From assembly GCF_030684315.1 (NCBI RefSeq), contig NC_081387.1, forward strand, positions 11,262,867 to 11,326,866: a DNA stretch of 64,000 nt, written 5' to 3'. The notes under the pieces were generated by a model. It was not told the DNA's origin. It saw only the letters and a program-made list of their open reading frames with translations, and did not search any database. Source of the DNA: Stegostoma tigrinum. Taxonomy: Eukaryota. Below, one piece after another: positions 12,642 through 26,957 of this stretch. The position numbers and the translations under genes are program-made. Within the stretch, counting starts at the first letter, position 1; every line of letters begins with the position of its first letter.

Positions 12642-12979
12642 GGTTTCCTGTGTAAAGTGATCTGTGCCTTCTGAGAGAATACTTTCTCCAAGCTCTTTAA
12701 TTTATAGGGAGTGGAAATCTCCGTGGGGTCTTTGATGTTGTAACATCATGCAAATGCACCTGTTATTTTTGAAATTATACACAAATACATTGCATCAGCA
12801 GTAGTAGCTCCCTGTCATGATAATAAATATTTTGTGTTGAAATTTTATGCAAGTCCCAACTTCAGGCAATTTTGACAACACAGAGTTGTGGAAGAACATG
12901 AATACAGCTCTGTCAAAACAACTGATCTTCCCTCCAAACATCATCAAGCCCAGCTCTTAATTTCATTCTGTTTCAGTGC

Positions 12980-13520
12980 TGTCCTACAGGCTAATATGTC
13001 CCCCAAACTGATACAATCCTTTGAACTGCTTTGAACAAACTTTGAAACTAGTATTGGTCCTCAAAATGAGACAGGCTGTCAAACAGCTATAACCTCTCAA
13101 AACTGACGTTTTCCCTCAACCTGGTAAGTCCCTCCAAATGATCTAGGCTCTCAAATGGATATAGCCTCTCAAACAGTTATGGCAATTCAAAATTATGCAA
13201 GTACATCTAATTTAAACTAACACTACCCCAAAAACTGGTACAGAACATCAAACTGATATGGACCACCTGAAACCATTACAGTCCATTAACCTGATATAAC
13301 AGCCACAAACCAAAGCCACCCTTCAAACTGATGCAACCTGTGCCCAAACCAATACAGACCATCAAAATGATATACCCTCCCACAAACTGATACAGCCTAA
13401 GCAACAGATACAGCCTCCTCCAAACTGATACAGATCATCACACTGATACAGTGCCCCAGAACCAATGTGGACCACCAAACTGATACAGTCCGCCCAATCT
13501 GATACAGACCATCAAGCACA
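12980..13520. repeat. Degenerate ~20-21 bp minisatellite (core aaactgatacag)
   Basis: Recurrent caaactgatacagcc / aaactgatacagaccatc units, densest at 13230-13515. Confidence 0.7.
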
Positions 13521-13789
13521 CACAGCTGCTCAGAATAAGGAGCAGGTCACTCAGAACTGAGACAAGGATGAATTCCGTCACAGAAGTAGTGGTGACTCTT
13601 TGGATCTCTCCCCCACGGGGTCAGAGGGCTGTGGGAGCTCTACTGTTGAATAAGTTGAAAAGCACAGACGTTGATAATTTCCTTCATATTAAAGCAATGA
13701 CGGGCTCAGGGATAATGCAAGGAGACATTGTTGTTGTAGAGTGTCAGACAGGATCCCTGTGAACAGCAGATCAAGCTCAAAGAGATGAA

Positions 13790-14490
13790 GGAAAATCCTT
13801 ACGTACCATGGCTGGTGCAAGATGACAGCACATTCTTTTGGTTTTGGAACACTCCTCGTCACATTGGGCCAAATAGTCTCCTTCCATGCAGTTGGCATTT
13901 CTATGTCTGCTTTAGTCTGCACAAGGCAGACAACATGATGAGTGATACGTTGAGAGACCCCCAGGGGATGTTGAAATTTCTACTTTTAAACTTTGATTAC
14001 GCAGCTATCTCAATGTAATCCCAAAATCTGATTCAAGTTCCATTCCTCGTTTCGAAGACGGTTTTGAAAAGCGGGTGACTAAATTGGACTTACTTACAGG
14101 ATACCGGCAAGTACCTTTATCCAAACGAGCAAAGACAATTTTGGCCTTTGTGACACCGAATGGAATGTACCAATTCAAAGTCATCCCTTCCGGTGTGAAA
14201 AAAGCACCAGCCACATTAGAAATACTAACTAACAGAGTCATTTTGGGATTATCCAGTTGTTGGTTTGAATCGATGACCTGGTGATTTTTAGTCACACATG
14301 GATGGAACATTCCCAACACTTACTGGAATTGTTTGATAGAGATCGGGAGTTGCACTGAAGCTGCTTAAGAGTGAGTTTGCAAAAGACCAAGTCATCAGTC
14401 CTGAGCCATGTCTTTGGATGTGGGCAGATGGCCTCATGGGATATGAAAAGACATTTTATTGGGAATTTCCCACACCATCAACGAAGAATT
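13790..14490 (+). mobile_element. Gypsy LTR retrotransposon pol (RT) remnant
   Basis: ORF 14075-14284 TKLDLLTGYRQVPLSKRAKTILAFVTPNGMYQFKVIPSGVKKAPAT matches Ty3/Gypsy RT motifs (LDL..GY.Q; F..MPFGL.NAP). Confidence 0.85.
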
Positions 14491-14514
14491 CATCTTAAAA
14501 GGATGACATCACAC

Positions 14515-15815
14515 TGTTGTAGAGTTATTAGAGATGTATTGCACAGAAACAACCCCTTGCACTCAACATTGTCCATGATGACCACATATGCTAAATTAAT
14601 CTACCCCCATTTACAAGCATTTGGCCCATACCCGTACAGAAGCTTTGTAAATGTTGTAATTGTACCAGCCTCCACCACTTCCCCTGGCAGCTCAATCCAT
14701 ACATGCACTGTTGTCTACATTAAAAAGTTGCCCCTGAGGTCCCTTTTACATCTTTCCCTTCTCACCTTAAGCCTATGCCCACTAGTTTTGGACTCACCTA
14801 GCCTGGTGAAAGGACTTTGACTATTCACCATGGCCTTCATGTTTTATAAACCCCTTTGAGAACATCCATCCACCTCTGAAGCTGAAGAGAAAATAGTCCC
14901 AGCCGATTCAGCCTGTGCTTGTGGGTCAAACCCTCCAAGCCTGGCTACATCCTTATAAATCTTTTCTGAACTCTTTCTTATGGCAAGGAGATCTGAAATG
15001 AACACAGTATTCTAAAACGGGCCTAACCAATGTCCCAAGCTGGGACAACATGACCTTCCAACTCCAATGCAATGACTAATAATGGCAAGGGTATCAAATG
15101 CCTCCTTCTCTACCGTCTGTACTTGTGGCTACACTTTTGAGGAACCATGTACCAGCACTCCAAGGTCTCTCTTCTCAGCAACACTCTGAGGGTCCTACCA
15201 GTATATATATATATACCCTGCTCTGATTTGCCACACCAAACTACAACACCTCACATTTATTTCAATTGAACTCCATCTGCTACTTCTTGGCCCTTCATCA
15301 CTTCTGTTCAAAGTCCCTATGTACTCTGAGCTAATTCCTTGGCTGTCTACTACACTACCAATTTTTGTGTCATTGGTAAATTCACGAACCATACCTTCTA
15401 TATTCATATCCGATTCATTTATCAAAATGACGACAAGCAGTGGACCCAGCACTGATGACTGTGAAACACTGCTGGCCTCATGCCTCCAGTCTGAAACTCC
15501 ACCCTCCACCATCAGCTGCAGTCTCCTGCTTTCGAGCCAACTTCTTATAAGCAGTTAGTTCTGCCCGTATTCCATGTGATCTAACCTAGTGGACTAATCT
15601 ACCTTATCGAAAGCCTAACTGAAATCCACTCTGAAAATGTCCACCGTTTTGCCGACATCAATCCTCTTCATAACTTCAAAGTTCTCAATTAAGTTAGTGA
15701 GATACGATTTCCCACACTCAAAGCCATGTTGGCTATCCCGAATCAGTCATAGCTCTTCCAAATGCACGTTTTTCCTGTCCCTCAGAATCCTCACCAACAA
15801 CTTGGCCACCACTGA
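14515..15815 (-). mobile_element. CR1 LINE ORF2 remnant
   Basis: Minus ORF 15195-15512 MVEGGVSDWR..SSVSQSSVLGPLL..INE...FTNDTKIG (RT motifs). Confidence 0.85.
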
Positions 15816-15818
15816 TGG

Positions 15819-16433
15819 TGTGATCATACTATGGGTTTAAGCGGTATTTTGGCCTTTTTGTTTGAAGAGCTTTTTTTAAGGCACAGGTGGTGACCAGTCT
15901 GTCAGAGTAAATTTGTGAGTTCTAGTTTTTGTTTTGTAATGTTGGAACTATAGGAACAACCTGATTTGCTGTGGTCACACTCTCTCAGAACCTTGACTTC
16001 TAGTTTTTTTGCTTCCAGCAGTTGCCATTGAGGTTGTGAAGAAGTGAAAGCTTTTACTTTCCTTTTGTCAGTTACATCTAAATGTTGACGATTTGTATCC
16101 TGCTACTGGAATTGCATGTGAGACAATCTGTTTACTGAATGTGCATTTCATCAAGGGGGTGTTTATGGGAAGTTACTACATTGGAACTGTTAATTAGTGT
16201 TAGTTGCTGCATCTATTATTCCCCTACATTTTTCAGTAGAGATACGTTAGTCCAATTCTTTTTCTTTTGCAGTATTTTAGCTATAATGGTTGAATAAAGT
16301 GTGTTTTGCTTTAAATCCAGGAGACTGACCAATTGAATTGTGTCTGGAACACAAAACTTGACAATCACCTTTAAAATAAGAAAAACAAACAAAAGTTATG
16401 ATGTAGACTCTGGGGTTTTGTCAGGTGTATAAC
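15819..16433 (+). mobile_element. Possible solo LTR
   Basis: Begins tgtga, ends tataaca, has an internal AATAAA near 16293, and interrupts LINE sequence. No TSD was confirmed. Confidence 0.3.
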
Positions 16434-18229
16434 AAAGTGTAAATCAGGTATAAACTTAAGCAAGCCATGTTGCAATTGTATAGAACTTTCCAATTACCAC
16501 TAGAATGAGAATGAGCTTTTATTTTCATTTGGACTTAAGTACAGAGATGGAGGAGTACAGTGAAAAGAATACTGTATTTCCAATCACAACGCCATCTTAG
16601 GTGCAAGATACCCAAGTACAAAATCATGGGTTGAAAACCAGAAAAGTAAATCAGTTGAAAGTACAATATTACTGTTCTTCTCACATAAAATAGTCATGAA
16701 GAAATAAAGTTATTAGTCCCAAATTACCGTCAATATTTAAAAGGCCTTTGAATTAGTACATGAACAGCAAAGGCTGGTAGGGGTCTGTGCAGGCCCGTGG
16801 GGCTAGTTTAGTTTGGGGCTATGTTCTGCATGGACAATAGGACAGAAGGGTCTATTTCCATGCTGTATGACTCAATGTCTCTATGCCAGAAACATGTATT
16901 CATTTACAGGGTAGAATGACAGAATCTTTAAGCTTGCTTGTGTCTACTTTGACCTTTGAATTAGTGCAACTGCACAAGTATGTAATCACCAAGTGATTTA
17001 TATCTCAAGTTATGCACTGGCAAATATTGTCCACGTGAACACACTTAAAATAGGACCAGAAGTTTCCACTTATACTATCACCCTTGGCAGTGAGTTCTAG
17101 CTCATTACACTCCTCTGATTTGGTAACGTTTTGCTTTTGTTGGTCTGCATTTCTTGGCCAAAGCTGTAAATCGATGTCTCCTAATCCTTGTACAGATAAC
17201 AGAGGAATGGCTTTTCTCAGCTAATATGATCCAAAGTTTTCATAACCTCTGCCACCTCTGACAAGCATGATTTGGTCATGAAATGTACATGAACTATTCT
17301 AAATTACTTGCTTCTGAGGAGTTTGTTTGCAGACCATCAGAACAATAGCAGCCATCGCCTGGGTGTCAGAAGAGAACAAGGGAAAGAAGTCAAATAAGTA
17401 ACAAAAAAGAGAAGGAAGCTGGAATCTACACAAAAATGATAATAATGATGAGAAAACACTCTGCCATCAGGATGGAACAGTATATATGTCATACTGTTTT
17501 GTAAATTGCAACTGATCTTCACCTTTCGCATACAGATTTATGTGTCTTTGTCTCAAAGATGCTCCATGACTGAACTTAATTTCCACTTCCAACCACAGTG
17601 CTAGTGTGATGTTATAATCCAAGTTGATGCTAATCCTGGAGAAGTTAGATACCAGTGAAAAGCGATTTGATAGATCATAAGTTCAATTTAACTGTTGGGC
17701 AGTTTTTTGCTTAATCACTGAACATATTCACACTAGGCTGTCAGTGTTCCTTAAAGCAAATTTAGGTCAGAAAAGTAAACAAAAATAAAATGTTGTGCAT
17801 GTAGCAGCTTAGAAGTAATTTAATATGAATAGTAAAGTAAACTTTCTATCTGTTTCCCAGCAAATACTTTAGTGATACTCAATTCCAGAGGAACATTGTT
17901 CTGTTAGTAATTTCCTTTTATCACTCATTCTTTGAATTGCTGCCTCTGAGAGAGCTGAAATAGTTTTTACCTCCTTTTCAGTTCTGAAACCTGAACCTCT
18001 TTTCAGTTCTGACAACGTGATTACATCCAAAATTTCACTATCCAAAGCACTTCAGCTAGAGTAAACTTTTCTCCTGAACTGAGCTGCAGATTATTTTCAA
18101 CAGAAGTCAAAACGAAACTAAAGATCCCAGGCCTGTTTTGTCTGTTTGTTGAAAACTCAGTAGTATAACTATTTCAGCAAATAACAATTTCTCTCTGCCC
18201 CCTGTAGCACCAGCACATACTTCATTAGA

Positions 18230-18670
18230 GTTTGTGTGCTTCTTTACTCATTCTCCTAGATTTGTCTAAAGCCTGCTGCAGCTCCCCACCTCGACATCAT
18301 CAACGATACCCACTTTTCCCCTTATCCTTGTGCCATCCACAACCTTAGCAACGATACTGTTGTTTCCTTCGCCCAGATCATTGTTATACAATGTGAATAG
18401 TTGTGGTACTAACACTGAGAACTGTGTTCCTCCACTCGTCACCAGCTGACCCTTTTATCCCACTCTCTACCTTCTGCCAGTCAGCTTATCCCATAATCAT
18501 GCCAGTATCTTGTGCCTAATCCTGTTATCTTATCAAGAGGCCTCTCATGTGACATTTTGTAAAAAGCCTCATGGAAATCCAAGTGGATGACATCCACTGG
18601 CTCACCTTTGCCAAACTTGCTCATTACCTCCTTAAAGAATTCTACCAGATTTTTAAGGCATGACTTCCAA
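18230..18670 (-). mobile_element. CR1 LINE RT remnant
   Basis: Minus ORF 18481-18687 SCLKNLVEFFKEV...GEPVDVIHLDFHEAF. Confidence 0.75.
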
Positions 18671-20145
18671 AAGATAGCAGATTTCATTCAGTATATGACA
18701 TTTGTGAAACAGAAACAGATGGGTGCTGGCAACAATTTCTGTTAGTTTCATACCCGTAATTACAGAGACTAGCTTTCAAATACAGATTTCATTAACTGAA
18801 CTCAAATTCTGCCAAGCTGCTTTTGCAGACTTTGAGTGCAAATCATCAACGTGTTAGCCTGGATCCCTGGATTTCCAGTCTTGTGACAATACTGTTTATG
18901 TCACTTATTTCCCCATCACATATTCAAGTATATCAAATCCATTCTTAGAGATGATGTAGCTGTGGAACTAATGCGAATGTCTTTCTGACCACTAGAAAAT
19001 TTACCTTTCACAGAACTGCAATAAGAATCCGCCTGCCCCTGCCTGAAAACTGTAATTCCCAAGTCATAATAATGCATATTCTGCCGTTTATTACAAAAGG
19101 AGTGAAATCACAAAATATTGTAGAAGAGTAGGCTTATTCATTGGTTGTATAAATGTCCAAAGATGTTGCTATATGGAATTATAGAGATATTTGAAAGTTT
19201 CCATCATTAGGGATTGTTAGTTAAAGTTCAAATTCATGGAACCAAATGTGAGTTGAAATTACATGAGCAGAAAGTAATACAGAAAGACGTAGAGACTCTG
19301 TTTCCAAATTAGGGCCATTGGGCTGAAAACATTGACTGTGTTTTCTCTTCGTGGATGCTGCCAGACCTGCTGAGTTTCTCCAGAAATTAAAATTTTCGCT
19401 TGAAAGAGAGTAAAGATACTGGGCAAGTATTCAAGCCATCAGGACGTGAACAGCCACATGTTGTGAAGACCCACATTGCGACCGGATTATATACTAATAA
19501 ATAAAATAAATGATGCATTGAAAAAAATACATAGGTTTACAGATATCAACGTAATGAGCAATATTGTAGTTGGTACAGATGGAAACATGAATTGACAGAG
19601 ATACTAATCAATTCACTGAATGTTTTAAACTTTGGCAAATTGAGTTCAACATTAGCAAATAGGACGTCACTTATTTTGGACCAATGAAGAATAAAACAAG
19701 GTGTTTTCTAAACAGTGAAAAATCTGAAAATAGTGGAGGTCCAATGTAACTTGAAGTGCAGGCATATTAATCATTTAAATGCTACAGACATGTAGATAAT
19801 TGAAGATAATCATGAAAAAGCAAATGGAACACTTGCCTGTACAGCTAGAAAGCTAGAATGCAAGGAGGCAGTAGATATATTTCAGTTTGCTGGAACATTG
19901 GTTGGAACACACCTAAAATGTTGTGAGCATGTCTTGATACCAGACCTGAGCAAGGAGCTTTGGGCTCAGAGAGAGTGCAGATACAGTTTACAAGAAAGAT
20001 GCTTGAACTTTAAAATGGAAGCAGGGTTGCTTCCAGTGGAATTTGGAGGATGAGTGTAATATCATCGAAGTTATGTTAGTGTCAAGGCAGGCCAAGTGAA
20101 ATTTGCCCTTGTCTGGAATTTACAACAAGGGAACAGATGTTAACA

Positions 20146-21047
20146 ATTGCAGATGACACTAAAGTCGGTGGAGTGGTGGACAGTGTGGAAGAATGTTGCA
20201 GGTTGCAGGGAGACTTGAATAAACTGCAGAATTGGGCTGAAAAGTGGCAAATGGAGTTCATTGCAGATAAATGTGAGGTTATTCACTTTGGGAGGAATAA
20301 TAGGAAGGCAGAATACTGGGTCAATGGAAAAATTCTTGGGGTGTGAATGTGCAGAGAGATATTGTTGTCCATGTACATAGATCCCTGAAAGTTGCCACCC
20401 AGGTTGATGGTGCTTTTAAGAAGGCTTACGGTGTGTTAGGTTTTATTGGTAGAGGGATTGACTTCCATAGCTGTGACGTCATACTGCAACTGTACAAAAC
20501 GCTAGTGCGGCCTCATTTGGAATATTGCGTGTAGTTCTGGTCGCCCCATTACAGGAAGGATGTGGAAGCATTGGAAAAGGTGGAGAGGAGATTTTCCAGG
20601 ATGTTGCCTGGTCTGGAGTGAAGGCCGTATGAAGAAAGGCTGAGGGACTTGGGTCTGTTCTCATTGGAGAGAAGGAGGCTAAGAGGGGACTTAATAGAGA
20701 CATTCAAGATGATCAGGAGATTAGATAGGGTGGACAGCGAGAGTCTTTGTCTGAGGATAACGATGTCAGCTAGTAGAAGGGGGCATAGCTACAAATTGAG
20801 GGGTGATAGATTTGAGACAGATGTCAGAGACAGGTTCTTTACTCAGAGAGTGGTAAGGGCGTGGAACGCTCTGCCTGCCAATGTAGTGAACTCAGCTGCA
20901 TTAGGGGCATTTAAACAGTCCTTGGATAAGCATGTGGATAATGATGGGATTGTGTAGGAGGAGGGGCTTAGATTAGTTCACAGGTCGGCGCAACATCGAG
21001 GGCCGAAGGACCTGTTCTGCATTGTATTGTTCTATGTTCTATATTCT
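20146..21047 (+). mobile_element. CR1 LINE 3' portion
   Basis: ADDTKVGGVVD...LYKTLVRPHLEYCV...LFSLERRRLRGDLIETFK...WNALP, with a (TTCTATG)n-type tail. Confidence 0.92.
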
Positions 21048-21819
21048 AATCGAATTCAAACTTTAATAGAGTGCTATCAGGAAAGATTTCTTCATCACAG
21101 TAGAACAGAAATTGGACAACATCTGCTAGTGGAAATTAATTCTACAACAATGATTAATTTTAATATCTCCTGTGCAAACTGTTTCTGAATTAAAGTTTTT
21201 AATGATGACGAGGCAAAAGTGATTGACATGGAGTTAAGCCCCTTGAGCATAGTCTCTTGGACTGTTTGGTCCCACTCCCATTCTTCAAATTCACTTTCTG
21301 CAGCAATGTGAAACAAAAACTGAAATTTCTGGAACACCTCGTAACATTGAGTTCAGTGATGCTTCTGTAGCAACATGCGCAACTGATTCCATTTTTTTCT
21401 GCTCACACCTCTCTTGTGACATCCCAGATAACTGTTCTCCTCTCCTTTGAAGGAAATAAACAGGCATTGGAACATGTCCACTAATCCTCCCCTGCTGGAT
21501 TCTACTATCTTACTGAAGTCATGAGAATAGTCGTAATTCCGACCAGTGCTGTTAACTGTTTTAAGAAAAAAAATAAACTGGAGCATTGCCTGGAAGTTGG
21601 AAGATTCCTGCAAGGTCATTAATATAACCTATTACCAGAATATTGGCAAGAGCCAATGGCAAGCTATCATGGCCTGAGAATTCAAAGTATGACTAAAGTG
21701 GGCTTGGTATTGGTGCAGAATTTGTTCCAAAGATATGATAGGCAGAGGGCAATTTACATTTGATTCAGTGAAAATAAGCATTGCTGATTAACTGACAGCA
21801 CTTCAATTGGAGTCATTAT

Positions 21820-22150
21820 TTTGAATCATACAATCCCTACAATTTGGGAACATGCCCTTCAGCCCAACAAGTATGCAGTGAACCTCAGAGCATCCCACTC
21901 AGACCGCCCCACAACCCCCGCCGTAATCTACACATCCCTGAAACACTACAGGCAATTTAGCATGGCTGATCCACCCAAGTGCACATCTTTGGACTGTGGG
22001 AGGAAACCAGATCACCTTGAGAAAACTCATACAGGTACACAGGGAGAATGTGCAAACCCCACACAGCGAGTCAATCGAGGCTGGAATCAAACCTGGGTCC
22101 CTGGCGCTGTGAGGCAGCCCTGTTAACCGTCGTGCCATCATGCTGCCCCA
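21820..22150 (-). mobile_element. HE1-type SINE
   Basis: Same sequence family as 7027-7322. Lies about 120 bp downstream of the GPCR stop codon. Confidence 0.8.
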
Positions 22151-22268
22151 AATGTTGAGACTGTTAGTGCAAATTATCTAATCTTAAAATGTATTTCATT
22201 TGCAGGATCAAATCTGAATTTAATATGGCTTTGTTAGATCGTTATTGTAGCACGTTTCCCCATTCAGA

Positions 22269-24649
22269 TCACTTTTGAATGAGAGTGAAGGGATATTTGA
22301 GGGCACGCAGTAGCTCCTGCCTGAACTTACTCTGGGTCACTGCATAAATGGCCGTGTTAGTGCAGCAGCTCAGAAGCTGAAGCATAATTCCTACTTTTTC
22401 ATAAATTTCGTAAGGGCTAAGTAGAGATGTGAGAAGAAAAAAATATGTCATTCTATAATACAGGAAATAAGTGACAGTTGTGATCCAGAGCAGGATAAAG
22501 CTGCCAGATATTGCAAACAGTAAAATGATGGACCTTTTACGATTCTTCATCTCAGGGTCTCTGTCATTGCTCCTGTGGACACGGAGGTTCATCCGCGCCT
22601 GACTGGCCGCTAAAATATACCTGACAGTGAGGATGTTCAAAAGCAAAATCAATAGGAATGGAAGAATGGGAGTTAACAGCTGTTCAATCCAAGAAAAAGC
22701 CATTGCTGCAGTTTGAAAGTGAACCACTGGTGATACAAAGCAACCCCGTGCTATGTTGTTCACTCGCACATGGGGAATGTACAAGAAGGCCCAGGGAATG
22801 TTCTTTAAACAGAAGAACAAGCTCATTGTAATTGTCACCACAAAAGCAGTTTTCACTGTGCAATATTTGGATTTTATCTTGAGACAGCAAATGGCTACAA
22901 AACGATCAAAGGTAAAGGCGACTGTGAACCAAACAGAAATGTCGATGGCAGTCGAAGAGAGGAACAAAATTACTCTACAAACGGAAGTGTACAGCAGCAG
23001 GGAGTCCCACCAATAAATCACGGCAATCCGATATAACGTTACGTTAAAGACAACCACCATGAAATCTGCTGTCGCCATGGCTACCAGGTAGTGAGAGATG
23101 CATTTGGAGAGATCGCATTTCCCCTGACTCAGGACCACAATTGCGACCAGGTTCACTGTGACAAATAGAAAAGAAATCAGTTACGTAAGAGGCTGGGGTG
23201 AATGATAATGCGTAAAATGCCATGGCATTGTCATTTTATTTTCTCTCTGTGTTCTGATCTTCTCTGTTGTAGGTGCTAGTCATGTTGGTAGAACGAATTT
23301 GCCATGACTTACCGGGGCAGTGCTGAAACCACTTCCTGAAGTCTTTATTAATTTTATAAGGTCCACAAAGATTCCTCAATTGATTCAATCTCTGGACCCA
23401 GGTTGACAGAAAGCGCACTGACTTCACAGATTGGAGAGAGAGAGAAAGTGTGCTCCTGCATGTTGGAGAGCAAACGGCTTGACTGAATCTTACTCCTATC
23501 TCTAAACTGTGCAGTCACTTGAAAAAATAAACACAGGCCTGTTTTCAGACAGAAGACATTTGTCTTTGTGCATCTGTCAGTAATCCATAATCTAATCTGC
23601 TACTTTACCAATCAACACTTCATTTGTATGCAACCTCTAGGCTCCAGTTGCAAACACTGCTGCATCTAACAGCTACACAAGTAGTACACACAGTGAAAAT
23701 CAAATTATTCCCTTTCTGTACACATCGATATTCATGGTTATTAGAACCCTGAGACGTAGTAGGAGTATCAATTGGGTCAACCTGTTTGGCTCGGCATTCA
23801 ATCAGGACACAGCTGATCTGATCACCTTCAATTCCGTGTTCCACACTGTTCCTCATGGGCCTTGATGTGCACAGTCTTTTCAAATTGAAGAGTCACATTG
23901 GGCATCTGGGCCAATTATTTTTTGTTTGAGTCTTGAGGTTATCTCCCTCTAGCCAACTACAATCCAGTAGCAGAGGTAAAGTTGGACAGCACTGAGCATA
24001 AATCTGAGCAGGAGAGAGTCAACACTCGCAGGAGTTAGAAAAGCTCTATGATTAGGCTAATGAGTGTGTGGTTAAAAGCAGATTTTTTTTAAAAAATTGG
24101 TACAATAAGTAAAATAAGAACGAAGGCAACAACCAAAATGAAAAGGAGTGGGAGAGGAGAGGTGAGATGCCTCAGATAGTGTATTAGAGAAGAAATTAAG
24201 GTTAGAGATATTAGAAGACAGTCAAACTAAGCGCAAAACTTTGCAAAATAAGACAATATCAAGATTCAAAATGAGTAAGAACTTAAACAATACTGTGATG
24301 GGATTGATCAAGAGTGGTGACGTAACTGAGATTTAAAGAGAATAGAAAAAGAGTAATGACTGATGATAAGTGAATGTAATCTTGTTTGCATTATGATGAA
24401 TTTAATCTATTGAGAGAAGGCAACACCAATGAAAAGAAATTGTGAGGGGGAAGACAAACTGTTCTGAAAGTGAAATCAATTTCTATAATGGAGATGGCTA
24501 AGTGAGAGCAATGCTCACGGATTTAGAAATCAATACAATGCCACCACTGGAACAAATTTCACAAGTATGTAGCACTTACCAGGCACTCCAACTCCAGCAA
24601 GGATAGGATAGTATATGGATGCAACCAGAGACATTTCTGTCCAAAACAT
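22269..24649 (-). CDS. GPR139-like: GPR139/GPR142-like class A GPCR, intact, 2 exons (24649-24580, 23155-22269), 318 aa
   Basis: Exon 1 MFWTEMSLVASIYYPILAGVGVP|gtaagt splices in phase 1 to cacag|(V)NLVAIVVL. Seven hydrophobic segments, MATADF (TM2), FTFDRFVAIC (TM3), ECL2 Cys and SCCTNTAIY (TM7). Confidence 0.92.
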
Positions 24650-24728
24650 TTTCAATTTACTATGAACTCCTGTTCTGGTAAAGGCGATCAATATAACTGT
24701 GAGAATAGCAGGCAAATATTGAGGCCTT

Positions 24729-24734
24729 TTTATA
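24729..24734 (-). promoter_or_regulatory. Candidate TATA box of the GPCR gene
   Basis: TATAAA about 80 nt upstream of the ATG. An equivalent TATAAA is present in both paralogs (12706-12701, 40772-40767). Confidence 0.55.
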
Positions 24735-24944
24735 GTGAATTGAGTCCTTCATGTTGTTGTTAGACTGCATCCCTCAGCGAGTATAACCCAAATGGAACAG
24801 ACAAGGCTCTCATTGCACCTGGGTTTTCCCTGTAGGAGTCATTAAGCAAAGGTACACTTCATCTACACCTATGGGAACAAGAGCAAGATGTTGAAATAAT
24901 AACACATTACATTCTGCCTTTAAACCAAGTTAATGATGAATATT

Positions 24945-25150
24945 AAATAAAAACTGAAAGAACTGTGGTTCCTGCAAATCAGTAACAAAAACAGAACAAA
25001 GGCAAAGTTGCTAGCAAAGCTCAGCAGGTCTGGCAGCATCTGTGAAGGAGAAAACAGAGTTAACATTTCGGGTCTGGTGTCCCTTCCTCAGAACAATAAG
25101 TTCTGTGGAAGGGTAACCGGACCCAAAACGTTTACACTGAATTTCTCCAG
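24945..25150. mobile_element. Penelope-derived family B element with two divergently oriented hammerhead-like motifs
   Basis: Minus strand gttCTGAGGAagggacaccagacccGAAATGTTaactc (25094-25057). Plus strand degenerate gttctgtggaagggtaaccggacccaaaacgtt (25100-25132). The left arm matches the 63545-63650 element. Confidence 0.65.
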
Positions 25151-25230
25151 AATGACCTTTCCTTACATGGCATGAATGAGCAAATGCTGGACAGGCTCAG
25201 TATACCATAACAATGCAGTAAATAGGAGAC

Positions 25231-25445
25231 GGGGAGGCATGGTAGCTCAGTGGTTAGCACTGGAGCCTCACTGCTCCAGGGACCCAGGTCCAATTGCACC
25301 TTGGGGCGATTGTCTGTGTGGAGTTTGCACATTCTCTGGGCAATACAGTTTCTTTCCACAGTCCAAAGATGCGCAGCATTGGGTGGATTGGTCATGCTAA
25401 ATTGCACACATTACCCAGGGATGTTTAGGTAGGTAAGTTAGATGT
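25231..25445 (+). mobile_element. HE1-type SINE
   Basis: ggcatggtagctcagtggttagcactg...gtctgtgtggagtttgcacattctc. Confidence 0.8.
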
Positions 25446-25924
25446 CAGGTATCCGTGAGACATTATAGGCCTATAGCTTGTGCTGCTATTAACAAGATCT
25501 TGTTTGATTTGATGCATTATCTCCCTTCTCCCAATAAAACAAAAAAAATCTGACTTCTCAACCTTATATGTGTCCAGCAAAAGTGCACCAAACACTTCTG
25601 TGGTAGAGGATGTATCTCTATATTCACTGGTCAAGGAGCTCAATCTCATGATGTGTACCCTTTGAATCAGCTTCTTATGTTCTGAATAAAAGTCTGAGGC
25701 TTTGGCTACTAAACTGATGCGATAACTCTGTTATGTCTATTGATGCTGCATGACCTGCTGAACAGTTTCAGCAAGTACTGTTGTTCTGACATTAAATCGT
25801 CTGGCTCAGTGAGATCACTAAGCATTCTTATAAATTCCAGAGTCCCGGCACAAATCAGTTGACTGCAGCCCCACCTTCAACACCATTATCCCCCACAGAA
25901 TAACTTCAAAAACTGTGTGACCTT

Positions 25925-26957
25925 GGTCTCGGCCCTGGCCTCTGCAACTGGATCCTTAGCTTTCTGACCCACAGCCCGCAATCATTGAGGATAGGTAACT
26001 GCACCTCCTCTGCAGTAACACTCAACACTGGAACCCCCCAAGGGTGTGTCCTCAATCCCCCACTATGCTCTCTGTACACCTACAACTGTGTTGCCAAATT
26101 CTGAATGAATGCCATCTACCAGTTTGCAGCTGACACCACTGTAGAGGGACAGATATCTAACAATGAAGAGTCAAGCTACAGAAGGGAGATAGATGGCTCG
26201 GTGACATGGTGCAATGAAAACAAAACGTCAGCAAATCTGAAGAACTGATCATCGGCTACAGAAAGGAGGGAGGAGAAGACGCTCCCGTCTGTATCAACGG
26301 ACCTGATGTTGAGAGAGTGAAGAGCATCAACTTCCTTGGGGTGATGATAACCAACAATCTTGGCCTGGATTTCACACATAAATGCAACAGTCAAGAAGGC
26401 ACAACAACACCTGTTCTTCCTCAGGCGGCTCAGCAAATTTAGCATGTCCATAAGGACCCTCACCAGCTTCTGCAGATGTACATTGAAAGCAAACTGTCAG
26501 GATCCATGACGGCCTGGTATGGCAACTGCTGTGCCCAAGATCATGGGAAACTACAGAAGGTTGTGAGCACAGCCCAGGCCATCACGGAAGCCAGCCTTCC
26601 TTTCATGGGCTCTATTTACATGAGCCACTGACACAGAAAGGCAGCCAACATCAAAGACACATCGCACCCTGGCAATGACCTCCTCCCACCTCTTCTGTCA
26701 GGCAGAAGATACAGAAACCTGAACACATGCACGAGCAGGTTCAGGAACAGCTTCTTTCCGCCATTATCAGACTGCTTAAGGGACTGTAGCCTCAAATAAT
26801 GTAACCTGCTGTGAAACTTGTATGCCTGTAAACCTTTTCGAACTGTACATTGTTACTTGCTGTGATCTGCCTGTGCTGCTCATAATCAAAGTTTTTTTCA
26901 CTTAACTTTGGCACATATGACAATAAAACCAGACACAAAATTAAATCAAATCAAATG
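25925..26957 (+). mobile_element. Rex1/Babar-like LINE 3' portion
   Basis: Translates as [22 protein letters not shown]...QFAADTTVEGQISNNEESSYRREI...TWC, typical of Rex1/Babar RT. Ends with AATAAA and an (AAATC)n tail. Confidence 0.75.

Noticed and set aside
12980-13520. CRISPR-like array
   Set aside because: Eukaryotic context, degenerate units without unique constant-length spacers, and no cas genes.
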